DNA of 64,000 nucleotides. Source: Lama guanicoe. Its lineage: Eukaryota. A model generated the notes under the pieces. The model ran no database searches. It was not told the DNA's origin and saw only the letters and a list, made by a program, of their open reading frames with translations. How positions within the stretch are numbered: the stretch's first letter is position 1; every line of letters begins with the position of its first letter. Below are positions 12,166-25,054 of the stretch, piece by piece. Where the stretch lies: NCBI GenBank assembly GCA_013239625.1, contig MU053559.1, forward strand, positions 2,586,324 through 2,650,323, read 5' to 3'. A program made the position numbers and the translations under genes.

Positions 12166-13039
12166 TTGGAGGAAACATTGCATACTAGTCCCCTAGTCCC
12201 TTCTCTTGGAATTTCTTAGACCATTTTGACATTTCAAGAGCTCTAAAAAGCCCTGCAGTTAAATACAACAGCAGCAAAAACCACATTTGTGCAACCATAG
12301 AAGTCTTTATTCTTGTAAAACCTATGAGCATTCTTGCAGACCTTTTTCACAGAGCACACTTCAAGAAACACCGAGGCTCCTCCACATGTATCTTCCCACT
12401 CAGCAGCTCAGTTCTTGACGCTGAGTCAGTCTGGAAGACACGACTCTCAGAAGAACAAGGTGGCCCCAGGCCCATTTGAGCCTGGTGTTGACAGCAGCCA
12501 CGGGGGCAGAGGAGTCAAGTCCTCCCTTTGGTGTAGGGGGTGTTCACTAGACTGAGCCCAGAGCCCTGGGTTTAAGTCTAGGTCAAGAACTTCAGAAGAA
12601 GCCCAGAGTCCTAAAATTATTAAATATCCTACCTATGTATACTATAATTCAAAATAAACCCAACTCAAATTGTAAAAACAGATCTAAGGAAGTATAACAG
12701 AATTCTGAGTGGTTCCCTTAATAACAACTTCAACATTTGAAATCTCAAATTCTTGCCAAAAAATTAATACTCCGGCTCTGCCAGTGCTCTAAACACTAGT
12801 ATCCCCTTGCATTCCTATCCCAGGATCTGCTCATCAACTGACTTCTCTTGGCCCCAGTTAAAGTGGCACGGGATTGCTAAAATGACTTCCAGCTCTGAAG
12901 TTCTGTGATTCCTCCTGCTGTATTAACCCCTGACACTGCAAGATGAAAGGCTTTCCTGAAGTAATCCCCTCCGTGCCTACGGTCGGTCGTACACACTGTT
13001 GACTTCTCACCTTGGTGGAAACTGTGGATGCCCAGCCCA

Positions 13040-13618
13040 CCTGCCCTTGGCACTTCTCTCCTTCCCATCCTAACTGGTGGCTTCCAACCTCAGACACTGC
13101 AACACTTAGCCTGAGACCTTCCTCCAACTACTGACAGCCTATGTGGGGCAGGCTGGAACTACCATGGAGTTAATACCCGCTAGAGCAGCCCTCAACCAAT
13201 GGCGGATGAGAGTTGGTCTGGAAATATCCCAGCTCCCTGCTCCTCAATCAGAATAACGCTGAGGTGTACGCTCTCCACTATCTCCCAGAATTCCCCAGCA
13301 GGACTGAACCCTGGTTGTCCACAGTGGTAGCTGGCTTGGCAATGTACTCTTCTGGCTTCTTTCACTTCCCAGATCTTTCTTTTTTCTTTTATGGAGGTTC
13401 TGGGAATTGAACCCAGGACCTCATGCATGCTAAGCATGTGCTCAACCACTGAGCTCTACCCTCCCACCTTTTTTTTTTCTTTTCGGTTCTTTTTTTTTTC
13501 TCTAAATGTATTTCCCTATCTTAGCTCTCTCCTCCCCTATCAGTGTTTCCTGAGGTCACCTCTCAATCCTCAGATCCTCGTTTCAAAGTTTGTTCCTAGG
13601 GCACCCAAACCAAGACAC
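13040..13618 (+). mobile_element. ERVL LTR (LTR16-like) interrupted by a SINE
   Basis: gcagccctcaaccaatgg...cccagaattccccagcaggactgaaccc...cccaaaccaagaca. Confidence 0.55.
13378..13468 (-). mobile_element. Vic-1-like SINE
   Basis: ttgaacccaggacctcatgcatgctaagcatgtgctcaaccactgagctctaccctccc. Confidence 0.9.
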
Positions 13619-13629
13619 TAGCCAGCATT

Positions 13630-14105
13630 CATTTCCCCTACTTCTTTCCTTCCTAACCACACCTTGTTTGGGATTAGCTGCCCACTCTGCAAAAAAAAAA
13701 AAATGTTCTCCCACATGGTAATCTCAGTCCTCTTCACAGTGATGGGGTAGGATTTGATCCAGTTCTAGCCAATGAGATCTGAAGGGAGAATTCTGGGAAA
13801 CAGCTCCTTGCTCCAGGAAAAAGAGAGGTGTCTCCTAGTCTTCTGCTGGAAGTTGACATGTATGAATGTGATGCCCCAAACTACAAAACCTTATGAGCAA
13901 GGGAGCCAACCTGGTCGGAAAACGGACACACCTAACATGTAAAGTGGAGAGATGATAAGATCCTATCTCCTCAATGACATATTTGAGCTGCTGGAGCCCG
14001 CTTAATCTCCGGACTTCTCACATAGATAATGTATTTTGTAGTATTTGGGCAAATATTAGTAGCAATATTCTGTTACTTCCAGTTAAAGATACTCTATCTG
14101 ATATA
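13630..14105 (+). mobile_element. Old MaLR LTR (MLT1J/K/L-like)
   Basis: ccagttctagccaatgagatctgaagg...tttgagctgctgga...ctgttacttccag. Confidence 0.5.
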
Positions 14106-14447
14106 CCTTCCCAAGGATTTCAAGAATGAAAATAAAATGTTTGTTTTGAAACTTTGCAGCTTGAGAAATCAAATCCTGTATAATTGTTTTAACCCTGTGT
14201 CATTTTTAACAGCTGTCTTAATAATCAGGACTGGTTCAATAAATTATGACCCATACTATACACCCATGAAAAATCTACCTTTAGGAAAAATGTTTCATGA
14301 CACAGAAATTTCAGTGTATTTTTAAGTTAAAAAGCAAGTTAGGTATAAATGCATTGAAAAAAAAATGTTCAAGTTCATACCTATAACTGTTAACATTTAC
14401 TTTAATTTTTTCCATCTACCAAGTTTTCTATTAAGAAGATGTGTTGC

Positions 14448-14615
14448 TTTTTTTTAATTGACGTATAGTCAGTTTACAATGTGTCCATTTCTGGTGTACA
14501 GCGTAATGCTTCAGTCATACATGTACATACATATATTCATTTTCATGTTCTTTTTCATTATAGGTTATGACAAGATATTGAATATAGTTCCCTGCGCTAT
14601 ACAGAAGGAAGTTGT
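14448..14615 (-). mobile_element. Short LINE-1 3' end
   Basis: Poly(T), attgacgtatagtcagtttacaatg, ttcctgcgctatacag; degenerate TSD gaagRtgtRttgYttttt. Confidence 0.8.
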
Positions 14616-15524
14616 TGAAGGTGTATTGTTTTATACTTGAAAAAAAAAAGGGACACAATTTTTGAAAAAGTAACCCAAGCTCTTCAAGTGTTCCTTCTCT
14701 TTCCTCCCTCTCTGGGAAAGAACCAAGTGTCCACCATCAAAGGACAAACCTAGAGGCAGAAGGTGGCCTGGATTCTACAGCAACCTAAGTTTCAAAAGGT
14801 CAGCTTTATGAGCTGTTCAGGGCAGAGTTGTCATGGAAGCCACAACCATGTCTCTTCCTACTTAAAGGTTATGGGCAACGTAGGAAGGCTTCCAACAGCC
14901 TGATGGGCGTGTCTAGGTTTGCGTTCCTGCCTGAGCCACGCATCACTGGGAATACTATAGATACAAACTGGTCTCCTGGTCTCAGGAGAGGTGGCAGGCT
15001 TTGAGGAACATCTTCTAAGAGCTAGTTTCCTGGAGAGGAAATAGCATTTTTATTTTTGTTCTTGTTTTTACCTTGTTTTGTTTTTGTCTTTGCAGGATGG
15101 AAGGGAAAACTTCAAAAGGGAAGCCAGGATAAGAAAGCAGAGAGAAATTAAAACCAGCCTCATGACAGTGATGGTGAATGGAGAAAAATAACACACGATG
15201 GAAGAAGGAAGAGAAACCGTATTAAGAAGCCCAATGGCAACCTCTCTTATGGTGAGTCCTGGACATCTGAAGTCGCTGACACTTCGTGACATCATACAGA
15301 TCTTCACAGGTGCCAGCAATTTGCATAGTAGTCCCCGATGGGTAGAGCAGAGAGGGCACAGGCTAGTCCCACGTGGCTGATTCTGAAGTTCACCGTGTTC
15401 CTTGGGTATGTTGTCAAAATGCGTGGAAAGCCTTCTGAGAACCCAGCGCCACTTCTGCACATCTGGGAAGGCAAGTTAGACTCCCTGAAACCACCAGTAC
15501 AAACTCAAACCACGTCTTGAGAGG

Positions 15525-15770
15525 TGCTGTGGTAGAGCAGATGGTGCGCTGTATTATGCTTCAGAGGAGCTGAGTTCAAGCCTCAGGTCTGGCATTTACT
15601 TCAGTTGGAGTGACTTCAGTTGTCCATTACGCATCTCTACACCTCAGTTTCTTCAGTTAGCTTTGAGTCTTCCTTCACAAGTTTCTTACAAGATTCTTAT
15701 GGACAATAAATGTGAAAGCACTTCATGAAACTACAGAGGTCTCCGCATTGTAAAGTATTACTAGTGATTT
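15525..15770 (+). mobile_element. MIR SINE
   Basis: gagctgagttcaagcctcagg...cctcagtttcttc...aatgtgaaagcact. Confidence 0.6.
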
Positions 15771-15804
15771 TGAAGTCCTGGTCAGGAAAATTAAAGACAG
15801 AAAC

Positions 15805-16520
15805 TAGGAACAAAACGAAAAGACAACCTACAGAATGGGGGAAAATATTTGCAAACAATGTGACTGACAAGGGCTTAATTTCCAAAGTATACAAACAGCT
15901 CATACAGCTTAATATCAAAAAAGCAACCCAATCAAAAAATGGGCCTAAGACCTACATAGACATTTCTCCAAAGAACACATACAGATGGCCAATAGGCACA
16001 TGAAAAGATGCTCAACGTCACTAATTAGCGGAGAAACTGATTTTTGACAAAGTCACAAAAGTACTTCAATGGAAGAAGGCTAGTCTTTTTCACAAATGAT
16101 GCTGGAGCGGTTGGACACCCTTCAAGAAAAATAAGAACTTTGACCTAATCATCTCCTATATAAAAATTAACTCAAAATGAATCATAGACGTCAATGTAAA
16201 ATTATGAAATTTTTCTAAGAAACCATAGGAGAAAATCTTTGGGACCAAGAGCTAGGTGAAGAGTCCTTATACTTAACACTAGAAGCATGGTCCATAGAAG
16301 GAAAAATTAACAAGCTGGCCTTAACCAAATTAAAAACTTTCACTCTGCAAAAGACCCTATTGAGATGGAGGACAAGTCACCACCTGGGAGAAAATATTTG
16401 CAAGCCACATAGCCAACACAGAAATAGAATCTAAAATTTATAAGGAATCCTCACAACTCCACAATAAAAAACAAACGCCACATTTCACCGAGGATACACA
16501 ATTAACTACTAAGTACATTT
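15805..16520 (+). mobile_element. Two adjacent LINE-1 ORF2 fragments
   Basis: [26 protein letters not shown] in ORF 15725-16003; a second, older ORF2 stretch from ~16036. Confidence 0.8.
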
Positions 16521-16722
16521 AACCATCAGAGACCTGCCCTTACCCTACTCTTCCCATGAATCTTAGCAAAACTCCCCAGCTCTTCAAAGGCCCTCCCCAG
16601 CCCCTACTTTTACCTCCGTTTCCCCCTCTCCCAACCCAAGCCTGCCTTCCCTGATTTGGTCCTCATAAGCTCTCACTACATATTCTTAAATTGGCACTTC
16701 CATCTGCTCCATGCTATGGACC

Positions 16723-17571
16723 TGTTAGCAGATGGAGGGACCCCTAAATTAGGAAGCCTACCAAAGTGTGGGTCCTTGCCACTGGCTGTGAAATAATTCG
16801 AGAAACGGAGGCAGAGGGATGAAATGAACAGCCACTTTATTTGCTCAGAAGGGAAAATGGAAGAAAAGCACTTGAGCAGAGAAAGGAGGTACTCAAGGAG
16901 GGAGCTGTCAGCCAAGATGGCCGGTAGAGACAGCTCCCATCTGGGTCAGGACATGTGGACTTTTATGGGAGGCTTCTGTCATCGCGTCCTCCTTCCGGGA
17001 GTGATGGAGCCAATCAGTCTTTGTACAGGCTTTGCTGGTGGTTGTCATGGCAATCGTCAACTGTCATGGTGCTGGTGCTAATATATTACAATGAGGCTCA
17101 AGGTCCACTGGAAGTCAAATCCTCCACCTTCTTGGGCGTTGGTTCTAACCAGTTCTTGTTTCTTCTCCTGGCAGCTGCCTCCTGGGACTTAGATAAGAGT
17201 AATTGGTTTCTATTTGAGGGAGGGGCAGGGGTATGATCCTGGGGGCAACAGCCTTGGTAAGAAAAAGAAAGTTTGCTTTCAATCAGAATGCCTGCAATCC
17301 GGTGGACTCAGCATCCCGCCCACCCTCCAAAAAAACCATCTCCAAACATTCTGTTCAGCCATGAAAGTTTTAAAAGGAAATGGGGGAGTAATCTCAGTTA
17401 ATCGTTGAGCTAGGTGGTCAGAGTCGTGGCCATCCCCTAGTGCCTGGAGGCCTATCCTAATCAACTGTCTGAGCCTGCTCTTCTGTGACTCAGGGAGGCC
17501 TGGGAGACGCCAGCTCCTCTATAAACAAGAGGCAGGGGGTGGGGATGCCCCCAAGGTCTTGCTTGGTATCA
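16723..17571 (-). mobile_element. ERV1-type LTR (possibly composite) upstream of DIPK2B
   Basis: TG...CA ends; flanks gacc / gatc (near-TSD); shares gtgtgggtccttg and the tccactggaagt...tccacc block with the LTR at 2041; minus-strand AATAAA near 16836. Confidence 0.65.
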
Positions 17572-17859
17572 GATCTTATCTTGGTGTCAGGAGGAAGGCA
17601 ACCCCGAGGCAGTGTATCTCCACCAAGTCAAGCCAGCCACTGACAAGTGTGGCAGGGTGGTAAAGAGGGACTTTGAGGCATGGGGGAGAGGGATGGACAC
17701 AGCTGGGTGCAGACAGAAGGATCTTTCCGGTGTGTTCTCATCGCACCAGAGGCCACCGGGACCTTTCCTCCCCTTTCTTCTCAGATCAGCGGAAGCAAAC
17801 TTGAGTTTTTCGACTCCCCAAGCAGTAAAAAGGCTTCACCTTTTAAATCAGTATCAAAT

Positions 17860-18434
17860 GTACCACTTAATGGCCAGCCAAGTGACTTCTAGTTATTTTA
17901 TGGCCAAATATGGCTGGTTAAGGGGTAGGCCAAGTTATCCACTGTGGGGAGGGGGAGGGGGAGGTGTGTGTGTATGACCCACAGGGACAGGTACACCCAT
18001 GATTAAAACAGTGGAAGGCGGAGGCCTTCAGGATTCTTTGAAACTCCCAGGTGGAAACCAGGTCAGACATACATCCTGCATGGACCTTTTCTGCCCAGCC
18101 AGGATATCCTGTGTTTGTCAAAAGGACAGCACAGGGAAGCCCTGGCCATTGTCCTCTCTGAAATCTGCCAGTCGGCCCCTCCCCAGCCTGCGGCAGCGGC
18201 CCCAGGGCAGAGGAAGAATAACTCTGGAAACTGTGTTATCAGCATCCTCCATGGACTTCCTCACCTCCTCCCCAGCCTCGGTAGCCCCGAGCTCCTCAGC
18301 ATCCTCCAACAGAAACCCGGGAAGCTGGGATGGGGTCAACGCCCTGAAGCCAGCCCTCTCTCTTTTGCCAAGACCTGCCTCTGTGCAGCCCTAAGTGGGC
18401 AGCCGAGGGCTGCAGCTGGAGTCCTGAGCCGGTG
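17860..18434 (+). promoter_or_regulatory. Putative DIPK2B proximal promoter / 5' UTR
   Basis: Apparently repeat-free DNA just upstream of the ATG; CACTTAA (NKE, 17864-17870), CArG CCAAATATGG (17904-17913), G-rich box near 17946-17963, ETS-like ACTTCCT near 18255; TSS not determinable. Confidence 0.5.
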
Positions 18435-18667
18435 ATGGAGCCCTGGCTGGGGCCTGAGGCTGCCGGCCTCCGCCTGGGCTGGCCGGCCCTGCTGTTGTGG
18501 GTCTCCAGCCTGAGCTATTCTGCCTCCTCGCCGGCTTCTCTCGCTCCTTCTCTGGTGCCCCGAGTCCGAATCAGCTACAATTTTGGAAGGACTTTCCTCG
18601 GTCTTGATAAATGTAATGCCTGCATCGGGACATCTATTTGCAAGAAGTTCTTTAAAGAAGAAATAAG
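18435..18667 (+). CDS. DIPK2B: DIPK2B coding exon 1 (signal peptide-like N-terminus, Cys-rich CNACIGTSICKKF motif)
   Basis: ATG at 18435 in strong Kozak context (gtgATGG); translation MEPWLGPEAAGLRLGWPALLLWVSSLS...FLGLDKCNACIGTSICKKFFKEEI(R) matches recalled CXorf36/DIA1R; donor AG|GTCAGA at 18668; 233 nt, phase 2. Confidence 0.96.
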
Positions 18668-18984
18668 GTCAGAATCTCAATCAGATAACTCTGAGGGGCA
18701 CAGTTCCGTTCCCTTCACGTGACAACGTCCAGGAGTTTCTGGAAAACAAGGCAGGTTGTAATTTATGGGTGGGAGGCCATTGAATCAGATAGTGGTAATG
18801 GGTTAAAGTTGGGGTGTGGGGGGTGGTAAGGTGTGAAGCCAAATTCCAGCTCTAAATGCTAAATCCAACGTTTCCTTTTGAAATGGGAGCTTAACTGTTT
18901 CTTCTTTATGACTGGAGTAGCCTGGGATGATTAAGTTTATCAAGTTCATTTCTCATAGTGGGAGGGAAATCAAGTTTATAGAAA

Positions 18985-19175
18985 GCTGGCTATGTGACAG
19001 GCATTTGAAAGCTATTTTGATTTTTCTCCCCACAACAATCCTGGGAGTTAGTGTTTTGCACCCATGATTCTGAGAGTGAACTGAGACACGGCAAGGTTCA
19101 ATGACTGGCCCCAGGTCACCACTTAATCAGTGGCAGATCTGGGGTGCAAACCCACGCGGTTTGCTCCAAAGCTTC
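18985..19175 (-). mobile_element. MIR SINE
   Basis: cacaacaatcctgggag...aactgagacacggcaaggttcaatgactggccccaggtcac. Confidence 0.7.
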
Positions 19176-20859
19176 TGCACCAGGTTTCTGTTGTGAGATG
19201 TTGCCTTGATCAGAGGAAATCCTAAGTTGAGGAAATCTCCATGCACGTGGCTCTCACCAAAAAAATGGTCCCACATTTTGGAACACATGGTCAATGAGCC
19301 TTTCCTACGGCCAAGACCCAGCACGTGCTGTAATGACATTGCTGTCACTCTGGTCACTGCCCTCCAGGGGCTCAGGGGTGGGGAACAGTGTGACAAATAA
19401 TAATAATAAAGCCTGATTCAATGCAGGCCGGGAGCGAAGTGTAAAGGACCTCAGGGAGCTCCAGGGAGAGGACGTTAATTCCAAATGGGGACTGGGAAAA
19501 GGCTTCTCCCTGGGGAGGGGTTCTGAGCAAGGCCTTGAAGGATGAGCTGAAATGTAGGGGGAGGAGAGGGGCTTAAGGTAGAAGGATCAGCTTAAGCAAA
19601 GGCCCAGAGGTGTGGGAAGAGTTGGGGAGTACTTGGTGGCTGGAATATGGGGCACATGTGGAGGCGTGGCCAAAGGAGGAGGCTGGAAGCGGCAGATGGG
19701 GCAGGGGGCCTTGAATGCCGTACCAAGGAATTGGGATCTTAATCTGGGGGCCTGTGGTTCCCAGTGTTTTCCATAGTAAAGACCATTTATAGTAGGCCCC
19801 TTCTCCTATGCTCTCCCCCAACGACCTGCCTCTGGCTTGTGAGATTTGGTGACCAAAGAAAATTAATTTACAATAATTTTGTTTCCAATCTGTATTAACC
19901 AAAGACACATTTGACTATTTAACTAAGTTACTAAACAGAAATAACAAATGGAAAAATACCAATAAAAATGCTGAACTTCTTTTGTGAGATGGTAGATAGT
20001 ATATGAAGTTGATGTGAACTTTTCCCATGAGACTATTTCTTAAGGTATTTTGAACGTTGAAAAGTTGAAAGATCTCCAACTGGGGAGGCTTTGTTGCAGG
20101 CAATGGTGAGGGTGTTAAGTAGAGTGGGGACCAAGATCTTACGGAAAGTCGTGTGAGAATGGCGTGGTGATGTTGGAAGGGGCTGCCAGACCAGGTCTCC
20201 TGGTCCAAGAGAAAGGTCTTTGGGAACAAAGCAGGGCAGGAAGGGTGCAAGTGGGTTCAGCTAGAGCATCATTTTGTGGACCAATTCAATTTTGGGAGAG
20301 GAAATAAAAATGGAGATGTTGAAAATGAACGCAAGATTGCCCACCTAAGAAACTGGGATGGAGAGGACCAAAAACACACATGAAGTGGGACTGATTCCTT
20401 GGGGGAAGAAGGCAGTGAAAATACGGACATATTTTAAGATAGGAGGGAGGGAAATCAAGGGATTTGACTGAGAAAGAGCTCCGAGTTCACATCCTCCTCC
20501 AGATAAGTAAACACGCGTATTCGAATCTTACAGTGGACTTTTTACCACGTGGAAATCAATGAGGTTTTTCTTTCCAGGCAAATATTGGCCAAATGCAGGA
20601 AGCATTCCCCCAAATAGGTTTGTGTTCCAGTCGAGTTCAGGATATTACTTCAGCTCCCTCAGAATTGATTTTCCATGTGCGCCTGCCTGAAAGGGAAGTG
20701 TCAGATACCAGCAGGAAAAGACCAGGCGGGGCAGGTGGGGGTTTGGAGTGCTTTATGCTGAGAAGTCACATCCTCAGGGCAAGGAAGCAGAGAGGGGCAG
20801 TGAGCAGGTCTGGGAACGTGGATTTGTTTATAGTTCTATTGTCTACACTGTAAATACCA

Positions 20860-21740
20860 TTTTCCTTATTTTAAAAGTGGTATCTCTTTATTTTCAAATT
20901 TTCAGGAAATATTGATTAAAGAAAACACAAAATAAAAATTCTTCACCTAAAGATCACTCCTTAGTGAACATGTTGGTGTATGATCCTTACCACCTTTTTT
21001 TCTAAGTGTCGATTAAAAATGTTTTCAACAAAAATATGATCATACTATGCATACTCCTTTGTAAACTTTTATGTAACAGTATATCGGGAAAACTTTTCCA
21101 CAGTACCTTTTTTGTTGTTGTTGTTGTTGTTTGGTTGGTTTATTGAGGAGATAATTAGGTTTATTTATTTTAATTTTTTAAATTTTTATTTGAACCCAGG
21201 ACCTCGTGCATGCTAAGTATGCACTCTACCACTGAGCTACACCCTCCCCGTTCACATTAACTATTCTTTGCCGCAGTTTGAGTTTTAGTGGTTTCGTGGT
21301 ATTCAATTGTATCAATCAATCAGAATTTATTTAACTAATCCACTCCTGTGAGACAGCTAGATTTTTTTTCACTTTTCATTATTATAAACAGAGCCATGTT
21401 GAACATCCCCGTGGCTAGACTTTTATGCACATCAGTGACTAATTCCTATAACAAATTCCTAAAAGTGAAATTTCCAGGGCAAAAAAATAATAGCAAATCT
21501 TTAGGATTGTGAGATATAGCCAAATGGAGACCTCTACCCATAGAACTTACTTTTTGCATACTCCGAAATGTTGAATATGACGGCCATGTTTACTTTGTCT
21601 TCCTTCTCAGTATGTCTGAGCTGAGCCCTTTTTTTCAGGCTTCTTGGCCATTTGTATTTCTTCTTTGTCTCTAAGTTCACATCCTTTGCCGCGCTTTCCA
21701 GTTGTGTGTTTGTTTGTCTTGTTCTTGTTCATCTCCAAAC
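20860..21740 (-). mobile_element. Old LINE-1 (L1M-type) 3' region
   Basis: atgatcatactatgcata, ttttcattattataaacagagccatgttgaacatcc, ttggccatttgtatttcttct. Confidence 0.6.
21108..21249 (-). mobile_element. Vic-1-like SINE (internal deletion)
   Basis: taattaggtttatt...tgaacccaggacctcgtgcatgctaagtatgcactctaccactgagctacaccctcccc. Confidence 0.88.
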
Positions 21741-22699
21741 ATGTCTCCACTTTTGTAAATGATCATGATGAGACCTTAAGAAAAAAGCTCATCCGAAACT
21801 TTCAGGTGTTAGACTGAAATGCTATAGCCAGGCAAGCATTAGCTTGTCCTCCTTAAGGACTGGCCAATGCTTGTTGCTCAGCAACAAACAAGAGAGTTTG
21901 AGCTTCCCGGCGTGGTTGGGTAGACGGAAGACACGTGACTGGGAGATAGATGTCACCTTTCCTTCTTTCCCTATCTTTTCTTTGGTAAGAATGCTAAAGA
22001 TGATTTGGAGGCTTCTGGTACTCAGCCAATGATCTTTGACCATTTGAATATTTTCAGTACCTTTTTTTCCCCATGCGTTCCATGTTGACTTTCAAATCCT
22101 CAATGAAAAAATTAAGGGAAGCTGGAAAAATGAGTCAACCTGATTGACAGATTCTTCCTCCTGAAAATATCCCTATATAGAAAATCCTAAAGGGCCACTT
22201 AAACTGGTAAGATCTACCAGGGTCTGATTGATCAGGACTTGGGATATGCAGGTAACAAGTAGGGGGAAAGGGTGGAGGATGGAGTACTTTATGGCAGTAT
22301 TTCTGATCAGAATCACTCCAAAGGATTCCTGGGCTCTTACCAGGATGGATACCTTACTTTGCCTTCTTTACTGTATCCACTTGAACTTACAGCCCCACCG
22401 CCTACTCCCAAGATCTTGAAGAATGTTTAAACACATCTGAGTGGTGGAGGACTCACAGCAAAAGAATTAAACCATCAGGCTTGATTTTGCCTTCCCTTCT
22501 CCCTTGCCCTTGTCTGTCTCCTTCACCACAGAAGGTGATAGTAATTATACCTTTAATTCACTTTCTCAAATCAATTCAGAGGTCTTGGGACCTTCAGGGT
22601 CCCAGAGCTTAAGGCAAAAATATCCGTCTACACAGCAGTCATCCAAACATGTGTCCATCCATCCACCTGTTCATCCAGGTATTCTTCCATGCATTTTTT

Positions 22700-23400
22700 C
22701 ACCCAACCACTACTCTGTCCATCCCATCCATCCAGCCCTCCCTGTATCCCTCTACTCATTTATCCATTTACTCATTCAAATACCCATCCATCCAACTAAA
22801 ATGTGTTGGGTACTAACTCAATACGAAGCACCCTGCTAGGTACTGAGTTACAAAGTTGAAAGAGGCCCAATCCTGGCCCTGAAGGCGTTTACTTTCTACT
22901 GAGAAGACAAGAGCCATGAACCAATGATTAAAGCAGTACATGAGGACTATATAAAATGTCCTACACAGGGTAAGAGGGAACCTATCTCAGCCGCAGGGAC
23001 GACGGAGTAAGAATCAGAAGAGATAATGCCTGTCTGGGTTTTAATGGGTTGGGGAGGAATTATCCAGGCGAGAAAGAAGACAAAAATGTCTCAGACAAAG
23101 GGATCAGCATAGGACAAGGTGAGTGAAGGCTTGGAGGCCCAAAACGATATGGCTTAGCCAAGGATGGTCAGTGGTTTGGTGAGACCAAAGCAAGCTTGTA
23201 AGGGGAGCAGGAGGTGATGGGCCTAAGAAAAGCAGTGTGAACTGCTCTAAGAAGTATGAATTGTGTCTGGAGAGTTTGGGGAAGATGCTGGATGTTTTAA
23301 GGGTCCTGGGCAGAGCTGAGGGATGAGGGAGAGGGAAGAGAGGCATGAAATATTTAGGAAGGCATAGCTCCAAACTTAATGTTTGACTGGATGCAAGCAT
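22700..23400 (-). mobile_element. L2 LINE 3' region
   Basis: (catc)n/cattc tail, atgtgttgggtactaac...ctgctaggtactgag, tggccctgaaggcgtttac. Confidence 0.55.
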
Positions 23401-24236
23401 GCAAAGTAGACAAAAGAAGAGAGTATTTTATTTTTATTCCAACACTGTCACTCCACCCCCATCTCCATGTTGAAGGGTTTTGGGGGAAGGGATCACGTGA
23501 CCTTCATGCTTCCTTCCACCTCTGGGAACCTATATTCTTGCTCGTGCATTTTTCCAACCAATAAGAAACTCAGCCGGCCTCACTTCGAACGTGCCCATGA
23601 TCTCAGTTCAGAAAGGAGGAACAGAACTCCGTCTCTGTTTTGTGGTTTTCCAAATGCCAGGATATTCACATTTTGGTGACTAAAACCAGGGCCCATTTTC
23701 TCACTGGCTCTCAATCAAGGAGGTACTCAGAGTTGTAGGAATATTCATTTTTTCTCATTGAGCACCATAAATTTATTACTATTTGGAATGGGAGCGAAAT
23801 GTGGCCTGTGAACCCGCTTCTTTGTCCTCAACTGGTCCTGATGGGATGCCTTGAGCCACTGCTGAACACACACTGGGCATCCCTGAATGTGCACCGAGCA
23901 TCCCCTGAACGTGCACAGCTCACTTGCCAAGTCAGTTCTGTCCTCTTGGTGGAGCCTCCTCGGGAGATGGGGACAAGAAAAGAAGACAGGAAAAGGTGTA
24001 ATAGGAGGGTTTTTTTCTTTTGTTCGGAGTTTTCCTTTATTCCTTTGGTCTTCTGGCTTTTTCCTTTCCCCTTCTTTTCTCCTCCACAGGCCAGCTCAGG
24101 CCTTGTCCCCGCATCATCCCCATAACAGGGCCCCCACCTCTTCCATCCGCTTACAGCATGCCTCCGAGGCAAGAGCTCAGGCCTGCAGACGAGGTTTCAG
24201 TGACAGGGAAGGGGTTTTAAAAATAATAATAATGAG

Positions 24237-24365
24237 AGGGGAGGGTATAGCTCAGTGGTAGAGCGCATGCTTGTTTCAATCCCCAGTACCTTCATTAAAA
24301 AAATAAATAAGTACACTTTATTACCTCCTCCCACAAAAAATCAACTTAAATTTTTTTTTAAAAAT
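24237..24365 (+). mobile_element. Vic-1-like SINE (lacks ~20 nt between A and B boxes)
   Basis: ggggagggtatagctcagtggtagagcgcatgctt|gtttcaatccccagtacc. Confidence 0.88.
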
Positions 24366-25054
24366 GAATGAAAAGAAAGCCAAGTCTTTGTCAGTTTCCA
24401 CCCCTTCAGATCCTCAAAGGGTTTGCAAGGTTTTGCTGATCTGGGTTCAGGAGGAAAGTTTCCTTGCCAGCCTGGGGTCAAGACTCAGACCTGCTGAGCG
24501 CAGAGGCCCTCCCAGCCCCCAGGCTGCCACCACCCCGGGGCTGGGGGCCTAGCCTTACAGAGGCTGCAGACCGCTGGGGTGCCCACCAGCAGGAAGCCCC
24601 TCTCAGGGGCCAGAACTCCTTAGCCAGCGTAGATTCCGCAAGCAGGACTGCGTTAACTAAATAAAGCAGTTGCAGAGTTTTGATTTTTTTACAGCTTTTT
24701 TCCCCCCAAAATGATTTGTAGTTGTGTGCGCAGCCCTTTTCCCTGATACGTGTGCTCTACAATAAAAACCAAATCTAATCTATTTTGGGGGAAAAAAAGC
24801 GTACCCTACAGGGCAGGAAGTCCCCCCCCCCGGTCCCACCCCCACCCACTGGGAAACAAAGATCCCTGAGATCGGGTCCTCTGTCACTATGTTGTTTATG
24901 ATTCTTCAGACAAGTCATCTTCAATGTTCTCATCCTGAAAAGACCCTGGAGCAAGGGACAGGGACAAAAGAATCCTTAAGGACCCTGCTAGCTATAACCC
25001 CTCATGATGTTACCAATATGTTCCCACAAGCTATTCATAAAATGGATGATAGAG

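Noticed and set aside
17999..18435. Upstream ORFs before the DIPK2B ATG (17999-18394; 18115-18435, whose stop overlaps the ATG)
   Set aside because: The TSS is unknown and these starts may well lie upstream of it; the second ORF has no ATG start.
24237..24292. tRNA-Ala-like genes (this copy and ten similar ones)
   Set aside because: Each has a SINE tail and poly(A), often a TSD, and mutations or deletions that break the cloverleaf; they are SINEs, not tRNA genes.
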